A program made the position numbers and the translations under genes. From an uncultured Acidobacteriota bacterium (GTDB taxonomy: Bacteria; Acidobacteriota; UBA6911): a stretch of 64,000 bases of DNA. The notes under the pieces are model-generated. The model saw nothing but the letters and a program-made list of their open reading frames with translations, was not told the DNA's origin and searched no databases. Shown here one piece after another: positions 30,491 to 40,440 of this stretch (positions are counted from its first letter, which is position 1; every line of letters starts with the position of its first letter). The stretch is taken from NCBI GenBank assembly GCA_963827655.1, contig CAWHCF010000052.1, positions 119,979-183,978 on the forward strand, given 5' to 3'.

Positions 30491-32200
30491 TCACGTCGTC
30501 CCCCCCGGGCCGGTGCGCGCATTTTTCGCCTGGTATGCCGCTGCAGCCTGTTCCACGTTGAAGAAGAGGCGCTCGCGACCCAGGGTCTTCCCCAGAGACG
30601 ACCGCTGGAGGATTCGCAGCGCTTCTGGGTTGAGCGCGGCCAACCACAATGCAATTCCAGCCTGCCGCAGCTTGGCCTCGGCATCGGTCAGCATCTTGAG
30701 CGCAGTGTACTCGATATCCGGAATCGCGCTGCAATCCAGCAATACCACGCGCGCCTTTGCCTCGTGAATCAGCGGCCAGAACTTGTCGCCGACCCGCTGC
30801 GCGTTGGCGAAATGGATCCGCCCCTCCGTTCGCACTATCAGCAGTCCGTCGAAAGTCTCATCCTCAGGGTGTTCCACCGACCGCGGGCGGAAGACATTTG
30901 TTCCAGGCTTGCGTCCCAGCGTGTAAACCGGCGGGTGATTGGCCTGGTAAATGACTTGCAGCAGCGACACGATGACAGCCACAACGATGCCTTGCAGCGA
31001 ACCCAACACTACCACCCCCGCCAATGCGACCAGTGCCCACCGGAACTCGCCATGTCGAATGGCTCGAATGGCGCGGAACTCCGCCGGACTGATCAATCCG
31101 ACAGTGGTCGCCACAACCACCGCGGCCAGCGTTGCCTGCGGCATCAAGCGGATGACCGGCGCGAGGAACAGCATGCCTGCCGCGACCACTGCGACGGTCA
31201 CCAGTTCTGACATCTGGCTGCGTGCGCCCGCCCTGCGGTTCACAGCGGTCTGAGACGTTCCACCTCCTGCCGGCATGGCGCGAAAGAATCCTCCCCCGGT
31301 ATTGGCCAGACCCAGGGCCAGCAGTTCCCGGTTTGTCTCCGGACGCGGCTCGCCGTGCCGCACAAAAGCGCGCCCCGCGGCCACCGTCTCAGTGAAACTC
31401 ATCAAGGCGAGGCCAGCCGCGCCGGGCCACAGCTGTCGCGCCAGCGAGAAGTCAGGCGGAGTGAAAGCTGGAAACCCTGACGGAATCGCACCCACGGTTT
31501 CCACTCCGAGTCGCTCCAGTCCCAGGAGACCTGAAGCCACGATGCCTGCCACTACGGCCAGCAATGGCGCAGGCATTCGGTGAAAGAATTTCTCTATCAG
31601 GATCACAATTGCGATCGTGGCGAAGGCGACTATCAGGGTCGGAATGGATGATGCAGGCAAGTGTTGACCTATGGATAGAAGGTTGGTGAAAAAACCCCCT
31701 TTGACGAAATGCACGCCCATCATCTTGGGCAGTTGATCGACCACTATGACAAGCCCGATGCCCGCCTTGAAGCCGGTCAGAACCGGCTCGGAAATGAAAT
31801 TGGCGAGGAAGCCCAGTCTCAAGATCGAGGCCAGCACCAGGAAGCCGCCGGTGAGCAGCGCCAGGGTGGCTGCCGCAGACATAAGCTGTGGCGCGCTGCC
31901 GTCGGGAGCGAGGGTGGCCAGTTCGGCCCCGGTAAGTAGAGCGAGGGTGGAGGTAGTGCTGACGCTGAGCGGGCGCGACGTGCCCAGCAGGGCGTAGATT
32001 GCCATCGGCACGAAGGCGGTGTAAAGACCCACCTCCACCGGCAACCTGGAGATGGTCGCATAGGCCATCGCTTTCGGAATGACCACCGCCGCAGTCGTCA
32101 GACCGGCCACAACATCAAAGCGAAACGATTCCTTTGGATATTGGAAGAGCGAGCCGCGAATGGCGGAAGAAACGAGACCCCGTATTCTGTTTTGGACCCA
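30491..32200 (-). CDS. SulP/SLC26 anion transporter with STAS domain (start region uncertain, probable indel)
   Basis: DVVAGLTTAAVVIPKAMAY, GLYTAF, ELLALGLAN, STAS 'IHFANA...LLDCSAIPDIEYTA'. Confidence 0.92.
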   Translation of the reverse strand, partial: WVQNRIRGLVSSAIRGSLFQYPKESFRFDVVAGLTTAAVVIPKAMAYATISRLPVEVGLYTAFVPMAIYALLGTSRPLSVSTTSTLALLTGAELATLAPDGSAPQLMSAAATLALLTGGFLVLASILRLGFLANFISEPVLTGFKAGIGLVIVVDQLPKMMGVHFVKGGFFTNLLSIGQHLPASSIPTLIVAFATIAIVILIEKFFHRMPAPLLAVVAGIVASGLLGLERLGVETVGAIPSGFPAFTPPDFSLARQLWPGAAGLALMSFTETVAAGRAFVRHGEPRPETNRELLALGLANTGGGFFRAMPAGGGTSQTAVNRRAGARSQMSELVTVAVVAAGMLFLAPVIRLMPQATLAAVVVATTVGLISPAEFRAIRAIRHGEFRWALVALAGVVVLGSLQGIVVAVIVSLLQVIYQANHPPVYTLGRKPGTNVFRPRSVEHPEDETFDGLLIVRTEGRIHFANAQRVGDKFWPLIHEAKARVVLLDCSAIPDIEYTALKMLTDAEAKLRQAGIALWLAALNPEALRILQRSSLGKTLGRERLFFNVEQAAAAYQAKNARTGPGGTT

Positions 32201-32748
32201 TAAGGTTTTGCAGGCATCACGTGATGCTGTCCCGCGTGAGACTCACCGCCGCGTCTTCAGCATGCGCCGATCGGCTCCCTCATCCTTGATCAACCTGCCG
32301 GAAATATCCAGCGTTACTTTGCTGATCGTCCTCGTGAAGCGGAGCGGCGCGTGGCAATCTTGGATTTTGGCTTCTCCAAGGTTGTAACCGCAGCTCGATC
32401 CTTCGGCGCCGAAGGTCAGCGGCACAGCCATCTTGAATTCAGGGCGTGGTCAGGTTGGGTGTCGTCCGGCATCGCCGACTGCGTCACGGTGATCAGAGCG
32501 GTCGAAGTCACCCTGTAACAAGTTACAGTTAACAGGAGTGCATTTTCGCAGTCTAATGCGCACAGGCCGTCGGAACTCCAACACAGGCTGAGAGCGGTCT
32601 TGCGGCTGACAAATCGATCGCTTGATGATATTTGCGGCCAAAGAATGTGTATCTAGACTGTGTCGATGTCGACATTTCCCCCTGCGATTGTCGCGAGACT
32701 TCTCGTTCTTGACACGAAGAGAATCAAGAAAAGTTTCAAGGGGACCCT

Positions 32749-33144
32749 ATGGGCCTGCTCCGGGTGTTGCTGGCTGATGACAATGAGACTGTCCTTCAGT
32801 CAGTCCAGCGGCTTTTGGAGGCTGAATTCGAGATCGTCGGAGTCGTCAAAGATGGGCAGTCTCTGGTGGCAGCGGCTCGCAAGCTCAAGCCGGACGTCAT
32901 GATTGTCGATGTATTCATGCCGGGGATGAACGGCATCGAAGCGGCCAGGCAGCTCAAGAAGCGTCATGTGAAAGGTAGCATCATCTTCCTGACGGTCCAC
33001 CGGGACTTGGCCCTTGCGGACGAGGCGCGCGCCATAGGTGCGATGGGTTACGTTCTGAAAACGTCGGCAGATCGCGACTTGGTCCCTGCTATTCAAGAGG
33101 CACGGGCGGGACGCTTCTTCCTCTCTTCGGCTTTGAACCTTTGA
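32749..33144 (+). CDS. Stand-alone response regulator receiver protein
   Basis: LLADDN, VDVFMPGMNG, GYVLK; no output domain. Confidence 0.88.
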   Translation: MGLLRVLLADDNETVLQSVQRLLEAEFEIVGVVKDGQSLVAAARKLKPDVMIVDVFMPGMNGIEAARQLKKRHVKGSIIFLTVHRDLALADEARAIGAMGYVLKTSADRDLVPAIQEARAGRFFLSSALNL

Positions 33145-33627
33145 GAGGTATCGTGTGTCTCAGGATGCTGCCCGTGATGACCGGAGCTTCTCCGTCGGGT
33201 CCGTGCATCTGGTGGCGGAGTTGGCCGAAGCCCTGCAGGTTTTGTTCTCCAAACTCAGTCCGATCGAGCCCTATCCAAAGAATCAGACGCGATGAAGCCC
33301 AATAACGGTTCTCTAATCAGCCGGGTCAGGCAACATCGTTTTGGTTTGAAATCCAGGTTGTGATCTGTCCGGGGCTTGCGGGCCCAGCGGCGGCCGACTG
33401 GGTCGAGTTGCATTAACACCCTCCTCAGAACCTGAGTTACCCCGGAATTGAGCCGAAAATGACTTTGTTTCTCTGCTATCCTCGTCCTTATTCTTGATCT
33501 CCCGGTTGTTCGTCCGTCTTCCGCCGCTTACCATAAAACACTAATGTCTCTACCAGAAAGATGCAGTTGTCTCCCAGACTTTTTTTAGGTTTTACCGGAT
33601 CAACGCGATTTACACACCGGGGGTTAC

Positions 33628-33710
33628 CACTCTATCTTGACGGCATCAAGCGAAGAACGTTGAACTCATCGTGATGGGCGTTCATGGAAGAAGAGAATAC
33701 CTATCAGAGC
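33628..33710 (+). pseudogene. Universal stress protein remnant
   Basis: Translates to 'AKNVELIVMGVHGRRE', the USP signature; no intact ORF. Confidence 0.5.
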
Positions 33711-33936
33711 AAGTTTCCCGTGAAAGACACAGACCTGACGGGTTTTCAGGAGTCCCAGTCGTCTCATTCGCTCCCAACGGTTATGGCCCGTACGACTTTT
33801 CGGTCAACCCTGGGAGTGAATAAGGGATTGGTACGCCTGGATTATTACGCGTAGCTCGCAAGAACCATTCCGGCGGACCCGATTCGTCGAGTCGGATTCC
33901 GTTCAATAACTCAGATAGCTTGGTGGGGAGCATGTC

Positions 33937-34815
33937 ATGCAAGTTTTGCAGGATGCATTTCGGCCGAGAAAGAGGAGCAAACCTACCCCGAGGCCCCGCT
34001 CCGAAGACCAGGCTCTTTCTAACAATGGATTCAGAGCTTTGGAGTCTATTGGGAGAGACTTGGAAGGTGTTATCTGCAAGGTGGCTGCGGAGGGCAACCG
34101 TTCCGGAGTGGCCCTTAGACAACTGACAGGAAGGCTGCTCCAGGCGCAAGAAGAGGAACGGCGGCGGCTGGCCAGAGAACTCCATGATGGACTGAATCAA
34201 CAGTTGGCGATGCTGACGGTCGAGCTGGGAGTTTTGGCTCGCCAGGTTCCCGATAATCAAGCTCGGCTGCGCGACGAGATCCTGAATCTCCGGAGGCGTA
34301 CGGAAGAACTCTCAAATGACGTGCGCAGCATGACGCATCATCTTCACCCCGCAACCCTTGAGCATTTGGGACTGGTGTCTGCCCTACGCAGTCACTGCGT
34401 TGATTTTAGCCGGCACCAGCACGTTCATGTTCGCTTTACCGCACCGGGTGAAGTGGGTCACATGCCCCGTGAGGTGGCGCTCTCGCTTTACCGCGTCGCT
34501 CAGGAAGCTCTTCGGAATGTCGCCAAGCACTCCGGCGCCCGTGAAGCCTGGGTGGAAATAGCAAGGAGGGGTCATAACCTTCGTCTTCTCGTTGTGGACG
34601 AGGGATGCGGGTTCGCACCATCGAAAACCGAGGGAAACGTAGGCTTGGGTTTGATCAGCATAAAGGAACGTGTTCAGTTCGTGCATGGGTCCCTGAGCGT
34701 GAAATCGGCACCTGAGCAGGGCACGAGAATCGAGGTTCATGTCCCCATTTCATGGAAGGAGTCAGGTAACCAATATGATCGGAAATACCAAGAGACCACG
34801 CGTATTGCTGGCTGA
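33937..34815 (+). CDS. HisKA_3 (NarX/UhpB-type) histidine kinase lacking a sensor domain
   Basis: EEERRRLARELHD, QEALRNVAKHS, DEGCGF, GLGLISIKER. Confidence 0.9.
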   Translation: MQVLQDAFRPRKRSKPTPRPRSEDQALSNNGFRALESIGRDLEGVICKVAAEGNRSGVALRQLTGRLLQAQEEERRRLARELHDGLNQQLAMLTVELGVLARQVPDNQARLRDEILNLRRRTEELSNDVRSMTHHLHPATLEHLGLVSALRSHCVDFSRHQHVHVRFTAPGEVGHMPREVALSLYRVAQEALRNVAKHSGAREAWVEIARRGHNLRLLVVDEGCGFAPSKTEGNVGLGLISIKERVQFVHGSLSVKSAPEQGTRIEVHVPISWKESGNQYDRKYQETTRIAG

Positions 34816-35500
34816 TGACCACGCCCTCGTCATCGACGGCCTGCGTCGTTTGCTGGAGCCCGAGTTTGAAGTCGTGGGTACGGCTGCGGATGGACGGGAA
34901 TTGCTTACGGCTGCGGAACGGCTTACGCCCGATCTGATCGTGGCGGACATCTCGATGCCATTGCTGAACGGCATCGAGGCTCTCCGCCGCCTCAAGAAGG
35001 CGTGCCTGCGAACCAAAGTGATTATTCTTTCCATGCATGCTGATGTCGAGTTCGGAGTGGAAGCGCTTCGCAGTGGCGCATCCGGCTACGTGGTGAAGCA
35101 CTCGGCCTCGGAAGCGCTCAGCCTGGCAATTCGAGAGGCGCTGGAGGGTCGGATCTATGTCAGTCCTCGCATCTCGGTGGAGGTGCTCTCCAGGTTCACC
35201 GGTAACTCTCAGCAGCCCCGCAAGGCGCCGTTTGCACTCACCCAAAGAGAGCGGGAAGTGCTCCAGTTAGTGGCTGAGGGTCGTACCATCAGCGGCATCA
35301 GCAATATTCTCAAAATCGCTTCCCGAACCGTGGTTTTTCACAAGTCGAATATCATGGATAAACTGGGAGTTCGCACGACAGCCGAGTTGACCCGATCCGC
35401 CATCCGCCACGGACTGGTGCCTGCCCCCAACGATGACGGCACTGCCTGGGTTGGCCCGGTCCACACAGTAAACCCGAACGGCCTAAGCCAGACAGCGTAA
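34775..35500 (+). CDS. NarL/LuxR-family response regulator
   Basis: LADDH, DISMPLLNG, LTQREREVLQLVAEG HTH. Confidence 0.93.
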   Translation: MIGNTKRPRVLLADDHALVIDGLRRLLEPEFEVVGTAADGRELLTAAERLTPDLIVADISMPLLNGIEALRRLKKACLRTKVIILSMHADVEFGVEALRSGASGYVVKHSASEALSLAIREALEGRIYVSPRISVEVLSRFTGNSQQPRKAPFALTQREREVLQLVAEGRTISGISNILKIASRTVVFHKSNIMDKLGVRTTAELTRSAIRHGLVPAPNDDGTAWVGPVHTVNPNGLSQTA

Positions 35501-36156
35501 GGATAGGGGCAGCTGTTCCAACTCAAACTCGGGAGCCCGGTAACGGCCGATTATATTTGAGGGTGAGATTTCCAGTGGGCTGGAAGCCAGTGCCAATATC
35601 GCGGACAACTGGGCATCGGGCTATCGCCATCCAGGGGCTGTGCACGCACGAGACAAATCAGAAGCTGCACGAAAACCAGGCCGCCGGACCGTTGGACTTG
35701 AACCCGGTCAAATGCGCGTCTAACCAGCGGGCTGACGTAGAGTCGGATCTTCAATGACGCCCCGCGGACCAAGCTGAAAAAACCAGTCGTCGCCGTTTGT
35801 GACTGTGATACATTGGTTTTGTCACGAGGGAAGTGAAGTCTCCCGTTCTCCTCGTAGATCGAATACCAACGCCTTGAGTGGGTAACGGATTGGCGTCTGT
35901 TTTCGAATCTGTAAGAGGGGGATCAAGTGGACAGGAAGGATTGTCCATCGATCCGAATAAAGTCTGAGTTTTTCGTCTAACTGCTTGAGAAGCGTGAAAG
36001 CGGGAGTAATTCAGCGGTAGGATTTTGCACCATTTTTCGACCCACAAACAAGCGCAAGCCTCAACAAGCAACCCCAATACAATCAACATAATCCGAGCGC
36101 TTCATAGTTTTCACACTTTTCCTCGTCTGCGTATTTTTGCTGTTTCCCGCCATTTT

Positions 36157-36258
36157 TTTGTTACCCTATTGTTACTTTGGTTGTAATTCTGTATTTTGAA
36201 TTACTATCCGCCCATTTTCGGGTGTAATTCAAAACCCGGGTAACAATAGGGTAACAAA
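36157..36258. repeat. Nested inverted repeats upstream of the integrase (candidate att/arm sites)
   Basis: Perfect 19-bp IR TTTGTTACCCTATTGTTAC (36157-75) / GTAACAATAGGGTAACAAA (36240-58); inner IR TTTTGAATTAC / GTAATTCAAAA. Confidence 0.85.
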
Positions 36259-36268
36259 TCGGGAGACA

Positions 36269-37384
36269 GTGGTGAAAATATTCTTGAGGCAGAAGAAGCT
36301 TCTGGACGGAAGGAAGTCGATCTACCTGGATATGTACCGCCAGGGGCATCGCCGGTATGAATTCCTGAACCTGTACCTTACGGGCAATCGTGACGCCGAC
36401 AAGGAAACCATGCGGCTGGCCGAAGCCATTGTGGCCAAGCGAAAGCTCGCTTCCGTGAGCGCCGACCATGACCTGCCAGCGCCATCACGACTTCAGGAAG
36501 ATTTCGTGGCCTACTGCCGGCGGCTGGCAGAGGATCAGCAAGCCTACAATACACGGCTCGTCTGGAACAACGCCATTGCCCGACTCGTTTCCTATGCCGG
36601 CCCGGTGATAAGCTTTGGCCAATTGAGCGAAGATTTCATCAAGGGATTCCGAGAAAATCTGCTCAAAGATCTGAAGCGGAATTCGGCCGCCGTCTACTTC
36701 GCAAAAATCAAAACTGCGATCCTGCGCGCTACCCGCAAGCACATCCTGCCAAGAAACCCGGCGGATGGAATCACGATCCGCACCGAAGAAACCAGCCGAG
36801 TGTATCTCACGCTGGCCGACCTGCGATGCCTTCAAAAAACCGATTGCGAAAACCAGGCCGTCAAAGACGCCTTCCTGTTTTCGGCATTTTCGGGGATGCG
36901 GTATTCGGATGTAAAGCGTCTCACCTGGGGAAAAATAGAATCCGAAGACAATCGCTGGCGGATCGGATTCGTTCAACAGAAAACGGGGAGTCTGGAATGG
37001 CTTCCGCTGTCGGCGGAAGCAGTTTCCATCCTTCGGCATCAGAAGGATGCCCGGCCTTCCGGCCGGACCGAGAATCCTATCCCGGCCGACGCCGTCTTCA
37101 AGCTCCCGGCGCAACAGACCATTGACAAGGCGATCAAGCGGTGGGCCGTGAGGGCCGGTCTCGAAAGGCGAATTTCCTTTCATACCGCCCGGCACACATT
37201 CGGCACACTCGGCCTGAAGCACGGAATTGACATTTACACCATGTCCAAGCTTTTGGGGCACCGCAGCCTGGAAACAACCCAGATCTACGCAAAGGTGGTA
37301 GACGAGTCGAAGAGGAAGGCAGTTGCCCTGTTCCCGACGCTCCATCCGTCGGATTCGAAGCGGAAAAGCAGGAAGGGGAAATAA
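36269..37384 (+). CDS. Tyrosine integrase (Bacteroidota mobilizable-element type)
   Basis: 'SIYLDMY..G.RRYEFLNLYL' arm domain; catalytic R (SGMRYSD), K (QQKT), HTARH, LGH, Y (QIYAK). Confidence 0.93.
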   Translation: MVKIFLRQKKLLDGRKSIYLDMYRQGHRRYEFLNLYLTGNRDADKETMRLAEAIVAKRKLASVSADHDLPAPSRLQEDFVAYCRRLAEDQQAYNTRLVWNNAIARLVSYAGPVISFGQLSEDFIKGFRENLLKDLKRNSAAVYFAKIKTAILRATRKHILPRNPADGITIRTEETSRVYLTLADLRCLQKTDCENQAVKDAFLFSAFSGMRYSDVKRLTWGKIESEDNRWRIGFVQQKTGSLEWLPLSAEAVSILRHQKDARPSGRTENPIPADAVFKLPAQQTIDKAIKRWAVRAGLERRISFHTARHTFGTLGLKHGIDIYTMSKLLGHRSLETTQIYAKVVDESKRKAVALFPTLHPSDSKRKSRKGK

Positions 37385-38262
37385 TGAGTCCTAGAGAGAA
37401 TAGGGATTTTTACCGGGAGAACGTCGAGACCCTCAGAAGCGCTTTTCAAGAAATCCTGCACCATCATTTTCTCCTGTTGTCGGCCTTTATTCCGAAAATC
37501 GTCGAAACCATCAAGGCAGCGTTATCCGAATCTCTTTCCGAGGCGTCGGAAGAACGGGGAAAGACAACGCCTGCAATCAACGCCCTTTTGATTCCGGACG
37601 CCGAGAATGCGATTTTTTACGAGACGCCCCGGGCGACGGTAATTTCCTCGATTGACGTGGCCAAGGCCATTGAATTCGATTTCCGATACCTGGAGCAGGG
37701 CGATGTTGCCGCGCTCAAAGACGTCCTGGACCATCAACAGGAAGCACTTGAGCACCTTATGGTGATGATTCCGCCGCAACTCGGCATTGGCAGGGAAATT
37801 CTTGATCCATTTCAGATACGAATGAATGCCCTGGTGCAAAATAGCAGGGGGGAGAAGCGCTTCCAGGTTGAATATCTGAAAGCCAAGGAAGATCTCATGC
37901 CCACGAATTTGCGTTTGTGGGTTCATAAGGCGAATGTTGCGCTAGATTATTTGCAGGACAACCCGGCGCCCGTAGCCGTGGTTGATTTGCCGGTTCCAGT
38001 ATCCCGACCGGAAACAAGACGGCCGGTTTGGAGCTCGACCGATAATAGTTTTGCAGAATTGATCGTGGAACTTCATAAAAAGGGCTATATCGACGGACAA
38101 AGCCCGATGGATGTCCTGGCAGCGGTCGCCCCGCTGTTTGAAAACGTCAATCCTGACGGACGTACCTTGTGGCAGGGAATTGCCAATCGCGCTCATAAGG
38201 GGAATCGATTTGCCTCTATTCCAGCGGCTCCAAAGCCGAGAAAAAAGGCAAGGTCACGGTAG
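37384..38262 (+). CDS. Hypothetical protein with an RteC-like C-terminal domain
   Basis: 'VWSSTDNSFAELIVELHKKGYI' resembles the RteC W..s...l.ELi..L...G.I pattern; sits between int and xis. Confidence 0.5.
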   Translation: MSPRENRDFYRENVETLRSAFQEILHHHFLLLSAFIPKIVETIKAALSESLSEASEERGKTTPAINALLIPDAENAIFYETPRATVISSIDVAKAIEFDFRYLEQGDVAALKDVLDHQQEALEHLMVMIPPQLGIGREILDPFQIRMNALVQNSRGEKRFQVEYLKAKEDLMPTNLRLWVHKANVALDYLQDNPAPVAVVDLPVPVSRPETRRPVWSSTDNSFAELIVELHKKGYIDGQSPMDVLAAVAPLFENVNPDGRTLWQGIANRAHKGNRFASIPAAPKPRKKARSR

Positions 38263-38268
38263 AATCAG

Positions 38269-38286
38269 TGACTCAACGTTGAGTCA
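38269..38286. promoter_or_regulatory. Perfect 18-bp palindrome upstream of xis (candidate operator)
   Basis: TGACTCAACGTTGAGTCA. Confidence 0.6.
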
Positions 38287-38351
38287 ATTTTGATGGCTAC
38301 GGTTCTTTGAAATAATTGCGCTCGGTTAGTTGTTGTTAAGGGGAGCGCAAA

Positions 38352-38639
38352 ATGACAAAGAGCGATTTGGTTGATCTGGACGGCAGGCTCGACAGAATCG
38401 AACGGCTCGTCCTGCGCATGGGCACCCAGGAGTCTGGACCGCTCGACCTGGATGCAGCCGCGAAATATCTCGGCATCTCCAAATCTCACCTTTATCACCT
38501 AACAAGCAAAGGCCTGATCGGTCATTTCAAGCCCGCCGGGAAGAAAATTTACTTCGACAAGGCGGACCTGGATTCGTATCTCAAGCGCAAGCGAGTGATG
38601 CCGCCCTGGGAAATCGACCGTGCTGCGGCAATGAAATAG
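38352..38639 (+). CDS. Excisionase-like HTH_17 protein
   Basis: LDAAAKYLGISKSHLYHLTS...HFKPAGKKIYFDKADL. Confidence 0.9.
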   Translation: MTKSDLVDLDGRLDRIERLVLRMGTQESGPLDLDAAAKYLGISKSHLYHLTSKGLIGHFKPAGKKIYFDKADLDSYLKRKRVMPPWEIDRAAAMK

Positions 38640-38912
38640 GAGCCGCTTGCCGGCGGAAAGAGCCCGTTCGGGCGAACCCAGGCAGGCTTCGATATAGCAC
38701 GCGGTGCGATTCCGACAGATACCGGAAGAATTCGTAATCACCGCCATCGCGGCTATCGCAACGGTCGGCAACCACTCCGGTTAATTGCAGCCTGCCCGAC
38801 GGCCGATGCCTCCACAAGGGGGGGCATGACTCAGGTTTCAATCCACTCCCGTCCATTTGGAGCGGTAGGGAATGCACGGATCATCCGTCCTATTTTTAGA
38901 GGAGTCCGGAAT

Positions 38913-39680
38913 ATGAACAGATTGCACACGTCTGACACCCAATCTCCAAATCACGCTTCTTCGACCCGCAAGAGAACCATTTTCTCCATGGGCGGTAAGG
39001 GCGGTGTCGGCAAGACCTCCGTCATGACCGGTCTGGCCGAATGGCTCCACATGAACCAGATCCCCGTCACTCTCCTGGATCTCGACACCGAGAACAAGGC
39101 GCGCGGATCGCTGACCCACTTCTTCGGGGGCCAGGTACCCAAGGTAAACATCCACACCCCGGCAGGCTTGGATGCGTTTATCGATCATCTCGCCGACGGC
39201 GCTCCCGTGGTCCTTGCCGACATGGGAGCGGGCTCCGGCCAGGTCACCTACGACTGGTTCGATACCATGTACACCGATCTTGCAGACGCGGGAATCGCCT
39301 TCACTACGGTCGGAATCGTGACCGCCGATCCCGCCAGCGTCGAAAGTGTCCTCTCCTGGGCCGGGCATCTGCAAAGCCGGGTTGCTTACCTTATCGTCGA
39401 AAACAGCATCACCGCCTATTGCGATTTCACTTACTGGCGGGCCACCGCCCAGGCACAGCAGTTCCGCGAGGCCTTTGCGCCCGCCGTCATTCATATCGAT
39501 TACCGTCTCGCCGAGCTGGAAAACGCCGCGCGCAATCACGGCGTTACCCTGGGCAGCGTCGCGGCAAGACGAGCCGACGTGGAGGAACTGCGTAAGGCCT
39601 CCATTGTCATGCGGGCCCAAAGCTACCGGCGACGGATGTTTGCCGAGTTCGACAGGGTGAAGGAGTTGCTGCTGCCATGA
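38913..39680 (+). CDS. ParA/MinD-type ATPase, TraL-like mobilization accessory
   Basis: GKGGVGKT deviant Walker A, LDLDTEN, ADMGAG; upstream of the relaxase. Confidence 0.75.
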   Translation: MNRLHTSDTQSPNHASSTRKRTIFSMGGKGGVGKTSVMTGLAEWLHMNQIPVTLLDLDTENKARGSLTHFFGGQVPKVNIHTPAGLDAFIDHLADGAPVVLADMGAGSGQVTYDWFDTMYTDLADAGIAFTTVGIVTADPASVESVLSWAGHLQSRVAYLIVENSITAYCDFTYWRATAQAQQFREAFAPAVIHIDYRLAELENAARNHGVTLGSVAARRADVEELRKASIVMRAQSYRRRMFAEFDRVKELLLP

Positions 39681-40387
39681 CTTCAAAACCGAAAGAGACC
39701 GAAATCCCTGCGCAAAAGATGATTGACTTTCTCGCCGAGGGACAGTCCGCTGAAGTTAAAGCTGCCTTGTATCGCGAGATGACATACTGCCACTCACTTC
39801 CCCAAAATGACGAAATGCTGCGCATCATCAGCATCCTGGGGATCCTGACGGCTCTGATAAAGCAGATCCCCACCAACATTGCCGTCGAGCGCGAAGGATT
39901 CAAACGGCTTTTCGCGGAAGCCACCTGCCTATTGAATGAGACCCTTTCGGCCAGCACAAGATATCTGAAAGATCTCAATGCCCGATTAACCAAACTCCCT
40001 GAGGAAATCGGCAGCGGAATCAATGCCCGGACAATCGCCGATTCCATCAACGAGAATCTGCGGCAGCAGTTTGCCCTGTCAACCATTCCTCAGACCGCCC
40101 AGGCTCTTGCCTCGGCCGCCGAAGAAATGAAAGGCACGGCCAAGGAATTCTCGACCACGGCAGAAAACCTTGGAGACTCCTATCGTGGCTGTGTGGCTAA
40201 AGCCCAGCAAGCCATCGGCGATATCAACAAGAGCGTATCTCATGCAGCCGACACGGCAAATCGCGCTATCGATGAATTCACCAGTCATTTTCACAATGCC
40301 TATTGGCGCTCGCTGTACGGCCTGACGGGCCTCGCCTTCCTGCTTGGCTTTTCGTTGGCCTTGATTGTCGTTCACTGGTTCTCTTGA
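39677..40387 (+). CDS. Helical protein with C-terminal TM helix (possible TraM/MobB-like)
   Basis: Ala-rich helical body plus hydrophobic C-terminus; coupled to the TraL-like gene. Confidence 0.6.
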   Translation: MTSKPKETEIPAQKMIDFLAEGQSAEVKAALYREMTYCHSLPQNDEMLRIISILGILTALIKQIPTNIAVEREGFKRLFAEATCLLNETLSASTRYLKDLNARLTKLPEEIGSGINARTIADSINENLRQQFALSTIPQTAQALASAAEEMKGTAKEFSTTAENLGDSYRGCVAKAQQAIGDINKSVSHAADTANRAIDEFTSHFHNAYWRSLYGLTGLAFLLGFSLALIVVHWFS

Positions 40388-40440
40388 CTCCCGTACTTGA
40401 ACCAGTGTCCGAAGATCTAACGCCTTGAGGTAACTATCTG

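Noticed and set aside
35694-35704. GGACTTGAACC (reverse complement of a T-loop motif) as a left att/tRNA remnant
   Set aside because: The T-stem does not pair fully and it does not match the tRNA-Arg fragment
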